Assembly: GCF_000497125.1 (NCBI RefSeq)
Contig: NC_090598.1
Location: forward strand, 1,054,001 to 1,118,000
DNA: 64,000 nt
Direction of reading: 5' to 3'
From: Spironucleus salmonicida
Taxonomy: Eukaryota
Part shown: in pieces, positions 48,676-62,605 of the stretch
Layout: each line of letters starts with the position of its first letter
Position numbering within the stretch: the stretch's first letter is position 1
Notes under the pieces: generated by a model
Seen by the model: the letters and a program-made list of their open reading frames with translations, nothing else
Database searches by the model: none
What the model was told of the DNA's origin: nothing
Position numbers and translations under genes: made by a program

Positions 48676-49766
48676 TTAATTTTACGACAAATATTATATA
48701 GGTTAAGAAAATTAAGCATAAAATTTATTCTAGTATCGTCAGAATCTGATATATAAAAAATACTATATTAAGCTAAGAAATTACAAAGTTTACTAAGCAA
48801 ACCGTAGATGCAAACGGAACTAAACCTAAATTCTACCAATTAGCAAAACTAAAATATCTTACTTTGAGTAGCATTAATCCGTTAATCAAGTAATTAAAAA
48901 TTAATAGTGGATAAGCAAAATAAGAGTTGATTTAAACAGATATTTCGTAAATTATCTGTTAATAGTCGGTAAATTTGCTTGCATTAAACTTTAACTTAAA
49001 ACAACTAAAGAGATCTATAAAATGTAATTACCGAATGTACAGTATTAATAAAACTATAAGTTTGTTACCAGTAAATTCAACAGGTTGTCAACTTTGATTT
49101 TTCTAGACTAAAAAATTGATTTAGGTGAAAATAAGTCTTATGTAAGCTGACCGTAAACCTTAGCATAAAATATTGAACTAGTTATCTACCTATCGCATTA
49201 TCTGCAAATACTCCACCTAAAATTGAATTTGCTAATTCAAATTCAGCTTCACAACGGCAACAGACTCAAATAATTAATATAGCACTGTTTCAAGTAAGCT
49301 CGATATAGTAGGAATAGTTTAGCGCCATCAGCCAGGCTATGTTCCATGGTATGAGGATTTTGCAGCTGACCCTATCACCGAAACAAATCAAAACTGCACG
49401 GTGAGTGACTACACTATCAGGGCGCATATCTAATTTCCGGGATAGCTGTGGGTGAACCTGCAAGTGATAAATGTGGACTCATTGGACTTATCATCATTAG
49501 GTGCAGAAATTAACCGATATGATGTGACGAACCAGCAGCTGCGACGGTCCTAAATATGTGGGACTGCTGACGGTACTTCAGAACCGCGAATTCGCTTGTC
49601 AATGGCAGGAAACTGCTGTAGTCGTCATCGTGTCCTGCATTTTGCAAGCACTGAATATGCTAGACCTGTGTTACGTGGAATATCTTGACTGACTGTGGTA
49701 CGGGCTTACAACTGGTCAGATTTTTTAATTTCACCGCATCAGGCGTGTAAATTGCTACTCAGCTCC

Positions 49767-50396
49767 TCACTCAATCGCTAACTCTCTTCTGAACTACGCC
49801 ACTGCCGCTAATTCCTAGTCATTCAAGTACACTACACAGGGCCAGTTTCTGCCGTAGCCGTTGCAGTCCAGGCCGTATCCCAGCAACCAAATGTCGGGGA
49901 GGCTGGCATTCCCCAGAAATTTGACAGTGCCGACGGCTCCCATGTCCTTCGCAAATGCGACGCATATTTCTCCGCCTTTCAGCAGCTTCTAGACCGCCAG
50001 AACGGAGTTTCCGGTGTCCCAGAGTTCATCAACGATTAGCACATTTTCGGCACTTCGTATTTCATCTGTAACACCCGTGATCTTCGCATCTTGCTACTCG
50101 GTCCCCTGATAGGAAGACACTTTTATGAAGGAAACGCGAACTGGAATGGAAAGACGTCTTGTGATATCAGATACAATGTGGTAGGCACCGGTTAGGAGTC
50201 CTACGATGTACAAAGGGTTGGATTCCGTTACTATGTCTTTGTAGTGATTTTCAATATTTCTTGCTAGCTTTTCGACGATAAACTGGACCTCTTCTATAGT
50301 AAGAAGCAGATGAGCATTTGACTTAAGGTTATATTGTGCTCTTATCCCAGCCGTTATCTCAGAGATTGGCCGGTTTGTTACCTTGCAGGTCGACAT
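49767..50396 (-). CDS. hypoxanthine/guanine phosphoribosyltransferase, copy 3
   Basis: Direct copy of 31825-32454. Confidence 0.9.
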
Positions 50397-50714
50397 TATT
50401 AAATGAATGTTAAAAAATGATAATAATATAATCGTTTTTATTTGTAAATAGATAAAAAGAAATAACAAACCACAAAATTTGAACCACAAAACATAAATAA
50501 AAATGATATAAATATATATGTTTAGTATGTAACTTTTAAGTTAATTCTGAGTACTAGATGAAAATTACTAGTATTCAACCTGAGTTTTCAATAATGATAA
50601 TGATATTTGGGGCATAATAAGTATATATATCTTGGGAACCAATTTTCAGAACCACAAATTTCATCATGTAGATCTACTAAAATACGTATATATAAACCGA
50701 GTCCCACCCCCAAA

Positions 50715-51887
50715 ATGCTAGGCGTTGTGTCCCGCGGCATCCGCGCCCCGATCATCAAGCAGGGCGACGACCTCCGGGCCATCGTGGTCGATACCGTGCT
50801 CAAGGCGGCCCAGGAGAGCTCCGTGACCCTCCAGGACCGCGACGTGGTCTGCATCACCGAGTCCGTCGTCGCCCGCGCCCAGGGCAACTACGCCTCCACG
50901 GCTGCCATCGCGGCCGACGTCCGCGCCAAGACCGGCGGCGGCACGGTGGGGCTGGTGTTCCCCATCATGTCCCGGAACCGCTTCTCGATGCTGCTCAAGG
51001 GCATCGCGCAGGGCGTGGACAAAGTGGTCATCCAGCTGTCCTACCCTGCGGACGAGTAGGGTGATGCCCTGTTTCCGATAGAAGAGTTGCTCGCGAAAAA
51101 TATCAACCCCCACTGCGACAACTTTACCGAGGTGGAGTTCAGGAAGCACTTTCCATCCACAGTTTTAAAGTATACCGGCGTGGACTACATTAACCTCTAC
51201 AAAGACATCGCCGGCCCCAACTGCGAGATAGTGCTGAGCAACGACCCCGCGCACATCCTCGCCTACACCGACGTCGTCATCGCCGCGGACATCCACTCCC
51301 GCGGGCGCACCAAGCAGCGCCTGCTCAGCCAGGGCGCGCGGACCGTGCTCTGCCTGGACGACCTGCTCACAGCCAGCGTGGACGGCTCCGGCTTCCAGCC
51401 CCAGTTCGGGCTCCTCGGCAGCAACCTCGCCCGGGACGACCAGGTGAAGCTCTTCCCCCGCGACTCGCAGGCCCTGGTCGAGCAGATCCAGGCTGACCTC
51501 CTGGCCCGCACCGGCAGGACGCTCGAGGTCATGGTCTTCGGCGACGGCGCCTTCAAGGACCCCGTCGGCGGCATCTGGGAGCTGGCGGACCCCGTGGTGA
51601 GCCCCGGCTTCACGGCGGGTCTCGGCGGGCTCCCCAACGAGATCAAGCTCAAGTACGCCGCGGACAACGAGCTGGACGGGCTGCGCGGCCCGGAGGCGGA
51701 GCAGGCCATGCGCGCCCTCATCAGGCGCAAGAGCGCGGACCTGGTGGGCAGCATCGCCGCGCAGGGCACCACGCCCCGGGCGCTGACGGACCTGCTCGGG
51801 AGCCTGGCGGACCTCACCACGGGCAGCGGCGACAAGGGCACCCCGTTCGTGCTGATCCAGAACTACTTCAAGAGCTACGCCGAGTGA
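50715..51887 (+). CDS. F420-0:gamma-glutamyl ligase-like (CofE family), copy 3
   Basis: Direct copy of 32773-33945. Confidence 0.85.
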
Positions 51888-51945
51888 CGTTTTCCTGCTT
51901 ATCGCGAGGTGCCGCGGGAGACGACCCGAGTGACACGAAAGAAGC

Positions 51946-52947
51946 TCACGGAATACCGGCCAGCCCCACGAACAGGGCGAACACCAGGTTGCTGATGACG
52001 CCGAAGAACACGCCGACGCGCAGCTCCCCGGGCATGCTGTCGTGCAGCACGAAGGGGAACGCCAGGACGTTGAACACGAGCCCCACGAGGATCCCGCACA
52101 CGATCGTCAGCATCTTCTGGAAGCTGCTCATGACGCGGTTCACCGGCTGCACGGCGTTCCCCGGCCCCTCCAGGTTCCTCTCCCGCGCGAGCTGCCACAG
52201 GTTCTGACCGTTCTGGCCGTCGCTCTGCCACTCCACCTCCAGCTTGAGCGCCCGCAGCGGCGTCAGGGGCAGCGGCGTGTTCGCGTCGACGAAGGCAAAA
52301 TCGGCAACGCGAAACTCGTCCTGGAGGCGCTCCGGAAGCCCGGCCTCCAGCATCATCAGTGCGAAGGAGACGGGCGCTAGGAACTCCGGCTCGTAAACAG
52401 CGTCCGTGGGGGCGCCCTGCGGGACGTACAGGGGCCGCACCACGAACAGGTCGCCCTCGCGCTCGCAGACCTCCTCCAGCACCGAAATGAAGATGGCGCG
52501 GATCTGCTGCACCTTGGGGGCCGTGTAGCCGCGCGGGGGCTGCAGAATCGCCCCGTTCAGGTACAGGATCTGGAGCTGCTCCTGGGAGAGGTAGCCGGTG
52601 CGCGCCAGGAAGCCCAGGCGTGAGCGTATGACGTCGGCGCGCTCCACGCCGCTCTCGAGGAGCTTCTCGTAGCCCCCGCGGAAGGGGCCGAACGCAGCCT
52701 GGCTCGGGGCGCTCAAGGGCGCCGCTGTGGGCAGGAGCACCTGAATGACGTCGTTTGGCTCGATTTTGAGCGATTGGAAGGTCTGGAAATGGTCCAGGCG
52801 CCTCCCCTGGAACAGGAAAACGGCGGTTTGGTTTTCCTGAATGTGCTCCACCAGGAGTGGCAGGAGCACTGAAACTTTGTCGTCCAGGCTCACTTCCGTC
52901 TCGAACTGGATTGGTTTTGTTGCGAATTTGAGCTTTATGGGAATCAT
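51946..52947 (-). CDS. ubiquitin-like domain + C-terminal TM protein (DSC3-like), intact, 333 aa
   Basis: N-terminal Ubl (FLFQGRRL, IEPNDVIQVL); GGYEKLLESG resembles the Dsc3 GFDRLL motif; two C-terminal TM helices. Confidence 0.75.
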   Translation of the reverse strand: MIPIKLKFATKPIQFETEVSLDDKVSVLLPLLVEHIQENQTAVFLFQGRRLDHFQTFQSLKIEPNDVIQVLLPTAAPLSAPSQAAFGPFRGGYEKLLESGVERADVIRSRLGFLARTGYLSQEQLQILYLNGAILQPPRGYTAPKVQQIRAIFISVLEEVCEREGDLFVVRPLYVPQGAPTDAVYEPEFLAPVSFALMMLEAGLPERLQDEFRVADFAFVDANTPLPLTPLRALKLEVEWQSDGQNGQNLWQLARERNLEGPGNAVQPVNRVMSSFQKMLTIVCGILVGLVFNVLAFPFVLHDSMPGELRVGVFFGVISNLVFALFVGLAGIP

Positions 52948-53057
52948 TTTTAAGTATAGAGGTTTTTATATATATTAATATAATATGTTAATAATCAGTT
53001 TATTGTAAAAAATTATATACACATTATTATACAAATTAATAGTAATTCCAATTCTTC

Positions 53058-55763
53058 ATGGACGTCTCGGGCCAAAAGGATAAAATTCTAGACCTCATTA
53101 TCAGTGCCCAAACGCAGAGGCTGGTGCAGATCGAAGAATTCCTGCGTAATAGACCGTTCTATCTCCTGAACGAACCTCAGCTCGGCTGCGACGGACTCAC
53201 AGATCACCTGAACCCCAAATTTCTCACGCCGCTCTTCGCCAACCTCCTAGCAAATAAAACAGCGTTTGCTCACCACGAGGGTGTTGCGGCTATTTTTCAG
53301 TCGATCCAGGATTCCGTCGACGCCGCGGCTGCAAGCTGCGCCCGGAACGCGAAGGCATAGAACAACGAAATAGATGCACTGAAGGCCCAAATTGGTTCAC
53401 AGAATGACCATATCGCGCGAATTTCGAAGCAGCTTGGCGCCTTCCAGGCACATGCCAGGAAGCTCTAGCAGTAGAAAAGCGAGCAGGGCCACCAGCAGCG
53501 CATCATCGGAAAAATCTACCAGACAGGTGGCGGCTAAGATTCTGGCGAGCAAGGGTGGGAGAACAGGCAGATCCCTGGCGTACGCAAGACAACTGAACTG
53601 AAAAACGTACGAAATATAATGTAAAATGGCACCGAAGAGAGGTATTTGTAGACAGATAACTGGGAGGTCAGCAATAAGGGCGTGTAGTCCGATAATAGAT
53701 ACGAAAACTCTCTAAATACGTCAAGTTTGCAGGCACAGTATTCGCAATTTAGCGTTTTTTAAGCTTAAAGCGCTCAAAATCAACTGCTTAATCAGTAGTA
53801 ATTTGCAGATAATTTTGGAGTTTCTGGACAGGAAACTAACGCAAATGCGGATCAGTTGCCGACGGATCTTATCATGCATCTCGGCTAACTTAGTTCAGAA
53901 CACCAAGAAGCTATCATGAATATTGTTAAAAAACTTAATAGTGATTAAAATAACGACAGTTAACTGCTATAAATGCTCAATTTTTTGACTAAATCTGAAG
54001 GTTTGCAGTTAACAAATAATATTGTAAACGAATAGTTTGCTGATTTCAAACGTTAAAAAGTACCAATATATGGTAGCGAGTAGATACAGAATACGAATTA
54101 GTATTATTAGATATTAAATAATTAAAATAACTGCTAAACTTTTTCTAACAACAAGCCGTTAAATGAATAAAATGGAATGCAAAATACGTAAAATATTGAT
54201 CATAATTGGCAAGCTTTCGATCCACCTGGCACTGTTAAGACCATCAGTTAAAATGGTGAACGAAATCATGTCAATTAAATCATTGATTTAGCTGCAAACA
54301 ATAATTTTTAAAACAATAGCATTTTTTAATGCTCTTTTGGGCAGCAGTTTCCAGATATTTAATTATCTCTGTCTAAAAACTCAACAACCTACCCAGGTAG
54401 CCCTCTAAAATCAGGAAAGTAATCTTCACAACGAAATAAATTAACTTAGCAGTAGAAAACAATCAATTTAGTAGAAGAAGCACTTAAATAGGAGCCATAT
54501 GATTGTTTGAAGTCTGATAATCATAATAATATTACACCTGAACTTCTTAATAAGTTAAAGGCTTAAAATACTATTAAAACTAAGTCTAGCAGCAACATAA
54601 CTTTACAACGCGAATCTCTGATGAACATACCTTTTTTAGAGCAAATCATCATATAAGAGGAAAGTTTAGACAATGTTAGAGAAAAGTAAAATTTAAATTT
54701 AACTACCGTTCCAAATTTAACATCTAGAGTAAAAATTGATGATGAAAAATCTGAAATATCAAAATCTGTAATTGTACCTGTATCTAAAATTAAAAAAGTA
54801 GAATCGAAAATTAACGTTTTGTTCGATAATGATCCTACAATTAATACTGCTAGATTGCTCTAATCTGTTAGTAAGTCTCCATTTAAACCTAAATAAGCGC
54901 AGACAGTTGCCGTGCTAAAGGAAGCATAGAAGGTATAATAAAAACTATCATTAAAGGAAGCGTAACCAAAAGAAATTATTACTATTTATAATGATAAAAG
55001 TAATAAAAATTAGGCTTTGAAAGAGACTAAAAATATACTAAACTAGTACGCAGATCATAATAAAGATAAATTGAGATAAATTATTTCTCTTATTAAAGAA
55101 TAAGGGAATACTGATGAATCTTATCTTTCAGCACAAATTAATTTAGATAGTTAATGTAATAATTAGGATATTATATTAGAAATTGAAAATTAACATGTTT
55201 AACATTAAGGTACTAATTTATAAGATTATTCTAGTAGTATAAAATAATCAAATGATTTGATTAATTAATAAAATAATTAATATATAGCAGTAGATGATAA
55301 CCATACGGAAATGTTAACCCAATAAGATCACCTAAATAGTGATTTTACAGTGGAATAATTATTAATAAATCAGGATTTAGTAATTAATATTAAAAATAAT
55401 TAGTATGAGTCTTCATCAAATACATAGAATAACCTCTAGTAAAATGATGAAAATATTATAATTTATTCAGATAAACCCGGATTTAATACCTCATAATCTT
55501 GTTAAGGTAAGTAAAAACCTAAAATAAGATTACATTCTACACAACCTTATTACAATATTGATGATAATTAAGTTGATTTATAATCAATATACAAAACCGT
55601 TAATATTAAACCAGATGATCTTAAACCGCTCACAATTGATAGTGCAATTAATCAAAATTTACCATCTCATCAATTATAAAATTATGAACCCAAAAAAAGT
55701 ACCCATCAAAAGAAAATAAAACAAAAAAGCAAATACTAAGATTATTCTAATTTAATAAAATGA
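53058..55763 (+). CDS. large Q/N-rich hypothetical protein, ~901 aa
   Basis: ATG 53058 in frame with TGA 55761; abundant in-frame TAA/TAG; N-terminal coiled coil. Confidence 0.72.
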
Positions 55764-56928
55764 TAATATATTAGCACTACCGACCTTTAATTATTAAGTG
55801 GGATATTTATCTTATATTTGAATAGAAGCTTATTCAATTATTTTACTCTTGTATAATTTGGCCTTATATTCACATATTCTTAAGGCGATATTAACATATC
55901 ACAATATTTCAATCTTTACAACCTTGAAAATAAAGATATATTTAAAATCTCAATCAATATCAGTTTAACATAAGTATTATTAAACAAATTGTTAATTTTA
56001 CTTTAGATTATAAAAGCTTAATACCTATCTCATATCAGGAGTAAATTTACACACTTAAAGATAAATAATTTAGTATTATCAAGATTTAATATTGTTACAC
56101 GGCAATTTAGTATATATTTCATTTAATAAATAATACATATTAATTGATAGACTATTATTCAAAGTTATATTATCTCGTAGAAGTATGATTTGATTCGTCA
56201 GTAAAGTTCTTAAACTTTTCATTCCTCATTAGTCAATTAATTTACATTCAACATCAATTTCATTTATACTTGATACAAGTAATATTAGTATTCTGTAAAT
56301 ATATTTTATGATGTTAATTCAGATTTTAATATTGATTTTAGTTAATTTGTGATTTATATTTAATCATATTTTTATACTTTCAAGACAAATATAAAATTAA
56401 TTGAGCTCTTAATTTACTATAAGAGATTAAAACATATATACCTAATACTTCATAATTATTTTTATTGTAAATATATAACGGTTTTCAACATAAATTTTAA
56501 CAATTAATATATACTATAATTTAGTAATTATTATTTATTCCTGTTTTATTTTAAAAGTTATCATTAAATTTAGTTATGTGTTTAACATAACAAATTATGT
56601 AGATTATATAAAAATAATCAGTTTGAAGGGCAAATATTATGTATATGAAAAATGTTTGCCCTATGCTGTACATAATAGTGGACTAATATATTAAAACTTA
56701 ATACATTTATTGCAAAAAAATCTATTCTAAATTTAAGAAAAACAATCATTTTATATCTGTGTAATAGTATAATATAATAGAGATAATTCCTGATTAGTAA
56801 TATTATTTTTGAACTATTAATAAATATTAATATAATCACTAAATATAAATAGACCGTACTATGCTCTATTCTAACACACAAATTATTTAAGCAATTATAA
56901 TTGCATTGTAGAATAACTTTTCTTCAAA

Positions 56929-58029
56929 ATGTTGTTGATGGTCTTGCAATCCTTTAAGGATAACCTGCCTACTGAGTATGACCATACAGAAGCTCCCGTA
57001 CTCCTTGACTTCTAGCCTATCTTTAACATTAAATATGACGATATATCTAACTATACTGTTTATCAGCTAGTATTTAATATTCCTATTGTTGGCGGTCTCC
57101 CAGAAGAATTTTTTGCCCATCCAAGCCGTGGAGTCCCTATTAAAATCGATAATGTTGGGAATTTAATTAGATTATCCTTTAATAATGGCACTGACGTTCA
57201 CCAAATTCAGTATTTCGGTTCCTCAATCAAATCTAAGCTGAATAGTCTCCCAGCCCCAGCTTTTAATGTGCTTATCTATTATCGCCTTGATAATGCTAAT
57301 TAAGTAGCATGGGAAAAGGAGAGTGTAAGATTAACGATCGAATATCGCGCTAAAAATCGGTTACAACCATGGTTGGCCTCTAAAAAACTTAATTAGATGT
57401 CTCGGTTGAAAGCTATAGATATGGCAGCGAATGATTATGAAAGTAAAGTATCTCCGATTTACGGCGATCTATCTGCACTGACTGGGGCTTTTGCAACACC
57501 TTTTTCTAGGATTGACATGCTCTGGGTAATAAATGATGTGCATTTTACGCCACAAGAGGCGTTTGATCATTGGATAGACTACTATGTATTCAACTCCCTC
57601 ATGCTATCCACTGCATGGTATACTTCTGTTGGTGCCGGTTACGTCGTGCAAACTCCGCTGGGTGCGCATTGGGTCTAAATTATCTAGGGCTATAATTGCG
57701 GGTTGGAAGACTCTTTCTACTATGGCGAAGATTTAGTTTTGCAACCACCCTACATAATCACCGATGACAGCAATGAAGGTGGTAGTGGAAATGGTAACGG
57801 GGACGTAAACGAAGGCGGCAGCGGTGATTTAACACAAGATCCTACCTTAAAATCTGGTCTTAGCGTGGCAGCTATCGTAGGTATAGTTGCTGCAATTGTC
57901 GTGCTTTGCCTTAGTGTTGGTGGGGCTATTGCATTCGTTGTAATCAGGCACAAAATTGTTAACGCATCCACTAAATCTCCTGGGATTTAAGATATTGAAA
58001 CTTCAAATGTTTTTAAAGATGCTGAGTGA
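56929..58029 (+). CDS. surface protein with CAP/SCP domain, Gly/Asn linker and C-terminal TM anchor, 366 aa
   Basis: EKESVRLTIEYRAKNRLQP...SRLKAIDMAANDY..VSPIYG...YTSVGAGY...HWVQ; KSGLSVAAIVGIVAAIVV TM; ends GAG TGA. Confidence 0.78.
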
Positions 58030-58285
58030 TATAGTTTTAAAAATTAATCTTTCTGTCTCTATAAAAATTATATCATCAAATCTTATTTTGTAATTATAGC
58101 GTTAAATGGCAACTAGGGATGTTTATTAGCTAAATTTTGATCCATGGCTAATTTAATAAAAGTACTTCAAGTATTTAATTTTAAACAGTTTCTATTTCAC
58201 TATATTCACGTTTATTTTAACCTAACTTTAGCTATAAATAATATTAGACTAATTTCCATCAAATAAAGAGAAAGTACAAAGATGT

Positions 58286-59845
58286 TCACTACCAAAACTG
58301 TGTCACAAACTCTTAGTAAATATCAAAGGGTGTTAGACTACCAAAAGAATCGTATGTATAGGTCATATCATGCTCTTTAAATTTTTAAATTAATTTATTT
58401 GAGTCATAATCTGAGCAAATTACATCTAATAATTCGTTATCATCTAAAGCACTGATTACTGGGAAGTCAAAATACTTAGAAAACCCTTCCATACCACCCC
58501 TTCCATTTATTTCTTTATAGCAACGTTTTAAATCTATAGCTTTTACATTTCTGAATACAAAAAACCACTCCTCCTTATACGGAATAGTCAAATAAAAATC
58601 ATTCTTAAAGATTTCACCTTTAACAATATCACTTGGGAAAAATGATGTGCCTAAAAAATGAACTGGTTTATTATTCAATTTATCACTTTTATAAAGAACT
58701 TTAGGAACCATTTCTGTAAACCAAAGATTCCAAATAGAAGATGAATCATTAATGTAGTTTGGATTTAGCATTTTATATTCCATTGGGGCATTACCTACAA
58801 CTTTCAATAAATCTAAACGTTTTACTTCGTCAAAAATAGTAGTATTTAAATCCTTTTCAAACTAATTTAAGAATTGGTCGGTTGTAATGTTTTAAATAGA
58901 AATAAATTCGGCTTAGTTTGTCAACTACTCGACAAACTTAATAGATTTAATTATTTTAGATCCAGTTGGAGTAGTATAATCTTCAAAATCAATATCTATT
59001 AAAGATATATTTCTAAAATAATTTACAGTTTCAGCATATACAAAGTTTTTATCAAAATTTTATGTAAAAATATTCTTCCAATTTGTATTTACTTCTTTAT
59101 TAAATTTACTTAATTTAGCATTAATTTTAGATGTACTTATCTCATAATCATAAACTGTCTAATGTTCATGTCCTCCTAATATTATAACTGGGCAATCTGT
59201 ATATTCTCTTATTGATTAATACATATAGTATGCTGTTTCAGGATGCTAATGGTAACCTGAATGAACTAATATAGTAATAAAATCTGGTTTTTCATTTTTC
59301 AACAACGATTAAAAGAATTGATCTTCATCAAATATTAATTTTAAATCTCTTATAATAATTGGATCTTTAGATTTAAATGGATACATAAAACCTGCAACTA
59401 AAGTAGTCAAGTTTCCATTTTTTACTCTTCTCCATCTCTATCCTGGTGAATGTTTTTCATTTTAAAACCATGAATTGGTAGTAGTTGAATTGAAAACAAT
59501 ATCAGATTCATAAAGAACATATTTAAGGGAATCTGCTAACATAAAATCATGATTGCCTAATGTTATAGTATCGTAATAATGACCACCTTTAAGCGCCTTT
59601 TCCCACATTTTATAAACAAATTAACCTGTTGGCACATCATTATCAGCATCTGATAAGCCATTACCCATAATAAAATCACCAGAATCAAATACAAATGTCT
59701 ATGGATTAATAGTTCGCTAATGCCTGATAAAAGCTAAAATACCAGAAAAACCAGCATTTATGGATGGTTAATGTGGATCACCCCATAACCATCCATGAGT
59801 ATCTGATGAGTGTATGATCCGAAGTGACATCAAAGCAAGCATCAT
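58286..59845 (-). CDS. calcineurin-like metallophosphoesterase, 5'-nucleotidase family, 519 aa
   Basis: HSSDTHGW, DSGDFIMGNGLSDA, LGNHD, ILGGHEH; ends TAG TGA. Confidence 0.88.
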
Positions 59846-59964
59846 TGATTTATTGAAGCGAAATATTATTACATTATAATACTATAATAAGCTTAATTTT
59901 TTCATCTAGTTCCATTTACTTCGTACTTTATCTATTATATATAATTAATTTAATCCGCAGAAAA

Positions 59965-60432
59965 ATGCAGCTTCCAATACTACTCCCAATGCGCTATATC
60001 CAAAAGCCTACACAGTACGGATCTCCGCTTTACTAGTATTTTGATGGTAATGTACGCCATACTAAATATACCTGTCCGATTTCATCACTGAACCAGCATC
60101 CATCATCGCCCAGCCTCCTGCCGACCAACTTCTTCCTTCAGCACTGGAACGACCCTTTGATCTCCGAGTACTCTGGTCTTAAACCGATGAAAAAACGTAA
60201 AATTTAGATCAGTTCTAACCTGAATATGGAGGAGCTGCGGAACATCCAAATCCGTCGCGAACAGTTTTCGGAGTCGACAGTCGTCGCAAACCAGTGTATG
60301 ATCGACTGGGTCAAAGGGAACGGTTCGATTCCCACAAAGTAGAACACTGATGACAAGCTGCCGGACTGGGTCCTACGCTAGAAAGTAGGCCAGCGGCGGC
60401 GGAAGCTCTGTCTGGATGAGGTGGCGAAGTGA
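59965..60432 (+). CDS. hypothetical protein, 155 aa
   Basis: ATG 59965 to AAG TGA, divergent from the nucleotidase. Confidence 0.68.
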
Positions 60433-60732
60433 GTACGTGGAATAGTAAATTTTTGGTAATGAATTGTAGGATTATATGTTGAGAAGTGTTAAAAATTTGT
60501 TTTTTAATTTTAGGAAAATCGAGCAAATACTGGAAAATCACAGTACAAGTTCATTTTCACATGCATTGGAACATTTTAGAGCTGCATGTAATCCTGTTGC
60601 TAAATTAGTGAGTGTTTAATGAAATAGGGAAACCGGAATTGGCCAGTTTCCGATTAAGGCAGAATATGGCTCGTGAGACTAAAATTTTTTATTAAGTAAT
60701 TTTTGAGTTTTTCACATATTATACACCTATTA

Positions 60733-62298
60733 ATGGCAATTTTATTCAACAAACTACCTATAAGATTAAATATTATATCAATTGAATAAATTACACTCTG
60801 GAAAAGTTATGAATCAGAATATCTTTTCGAATCTATTACTGCAGTATATTGTAATTCGCTGATTTTCCTGCAAGAGGCGCAGATTCCGGCGGAGGCGACG
60901 CAGAATTTCACTGTGCAGCTGTCGGTACGCGCATACCGGGGCCAGATCTTACAGCAGAGCACTTTCTACACTTCGGAGCACATCAGCCTCGCGGAGCAGC
61001 GCACAGAGCTGCTGTTAGCGGAGGACCTGAATCTGGACATCACAATCGTGAGATCTGACAAGTATGCACAGTTCACTACGCTCCCCAACCTGTTAGTCTA
61101 GCTACCGTTCCAGGTGCAGCTCACCGTGCAGATCCAGTGCAACTTCTATGCGTTCGAAACGGAGCTGGTGGCATGTGGAGACAGCCTGTTCGCGGTAAAC
61201 CGGTCGGTAATTATCCCGTTTTAGACCTCTTTCCGGGTTTGCATATTTTCCACCCCGAGGGGCTAGATGAAGATGAAAGTAGCCTCATTTAGCGTTACCT
61301 ATATCGAGGCGCATAGCCAGTTGATCACCCTGAACTTTGCAGCCAAGTTCAGCGAGGAGATGGTCGCACAGGCCACAAACTCGCAAATGTTTGCCTGCAT
61401 GGGGCTTATTGAAGTTAACGATGGGTTTTAAGAGTTTCTTCCAGAGGAGAAGGTCATAAACAAGAACTACAAAAGCATAAAGAAGCTCAAAAAGATTGAT
61501 GACGTCCAAGGATAAATGCGGATAATTGTTAACAATACAAATTTACTGCATAAGGTTAACATCGCCAAGATCGAAAATTACGCTGAACAGTAACTGACTG
61601 GATCAGCAATGCTGTATAACTTTGAACCGTGTACCTATTTGGCTAATTCCTGGCTCAACTTACAAAATAGCGATCAGAAGGTTCAAAATAAAGTTTATCG
61701 GATTCAGAGTATGGGAACGCTCAACCTAAAATCTTTCGATTATAGCGGCGTGGTTGCATTTTATCGGTAGGGTGGCCAAATATATAACTCAATCCCTTAA
61801 TATTACGATTTTGGTGTTGAGGTTCGAGTGGCCAATCGACTATAGAATATTCTATCCCAATAACTGTTCATAATTGTAGTGTTAAATGAGAAGCAGTTCT
61901 TTAGACTCCCAATAGACTTACAAGAGTACAAAGAGAGTGTGTATAATAGTATTTTGAATAATAACCTGTATAAAATAATTCTTGAGGTAAAATTTTAGGA
62001 AGTTTAACTAGATCTAACATTTAATTTTTAAATATTTGATCAAGAGCTGAAGCAGTATTTGGTAGAGAAAGATGAACATACTCATCGGTAAATGCGTGAA
62101 ATTTAAAAAATTGAAGAGGAGAGATAAAAAGATTTGGATGAATTATAAAAAGGGATGCAAGACATTGCAGGAGATGAATATGAAAAAAAGAGAAAGAGGA
62201 AGAGAGTCAAAAAAATCGGGCATACCTGCGAAGACCATCCTAGTAGTAGCTAGACGGTATGTACACTTCCAGAGATGTCCAGTCCTAGTAATTTTTGA
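60733..62298 (+). CDS. hypothetical protein, 521 aa, charged C-terminal coiled coil
   Basis: TGA-free frame checked from ATG 60733 to TGA 62296. Confidence 0.75.
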
Positions 62299-62605
62299 TT
62301 ATAAGCATCATTTTAAAGTTTATTGACTGTCATATAGCATTATCAACTATCATTACTATAAGTATGCGGGCCATTTTTGCACTGCAACGCAATAACTATC
62401 GAAAAGTAATAATAATATAGTATTAAATATTATGTATAAATTTAATAACAGATTAGTTTAGATTATACACAGAGAATTGATCTACATTAAATACATCTTA
62501 AATTCATGATTACGTAATCAAAGCGAAAGAAATGTAGGGTAGGTAACATTTTGCCTAAATTTCATTATTTTATTATAATTAGTAAAATATTTTTAAATCG
62601 TCATA

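Larger units (their letters stand above)
47376..52269 (+). repeat. segmental duplication, direct copy of 29434-34318
   Basis: Near identity; continues without a break into the intact DSC3-like gene. Confidence 0.95.
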
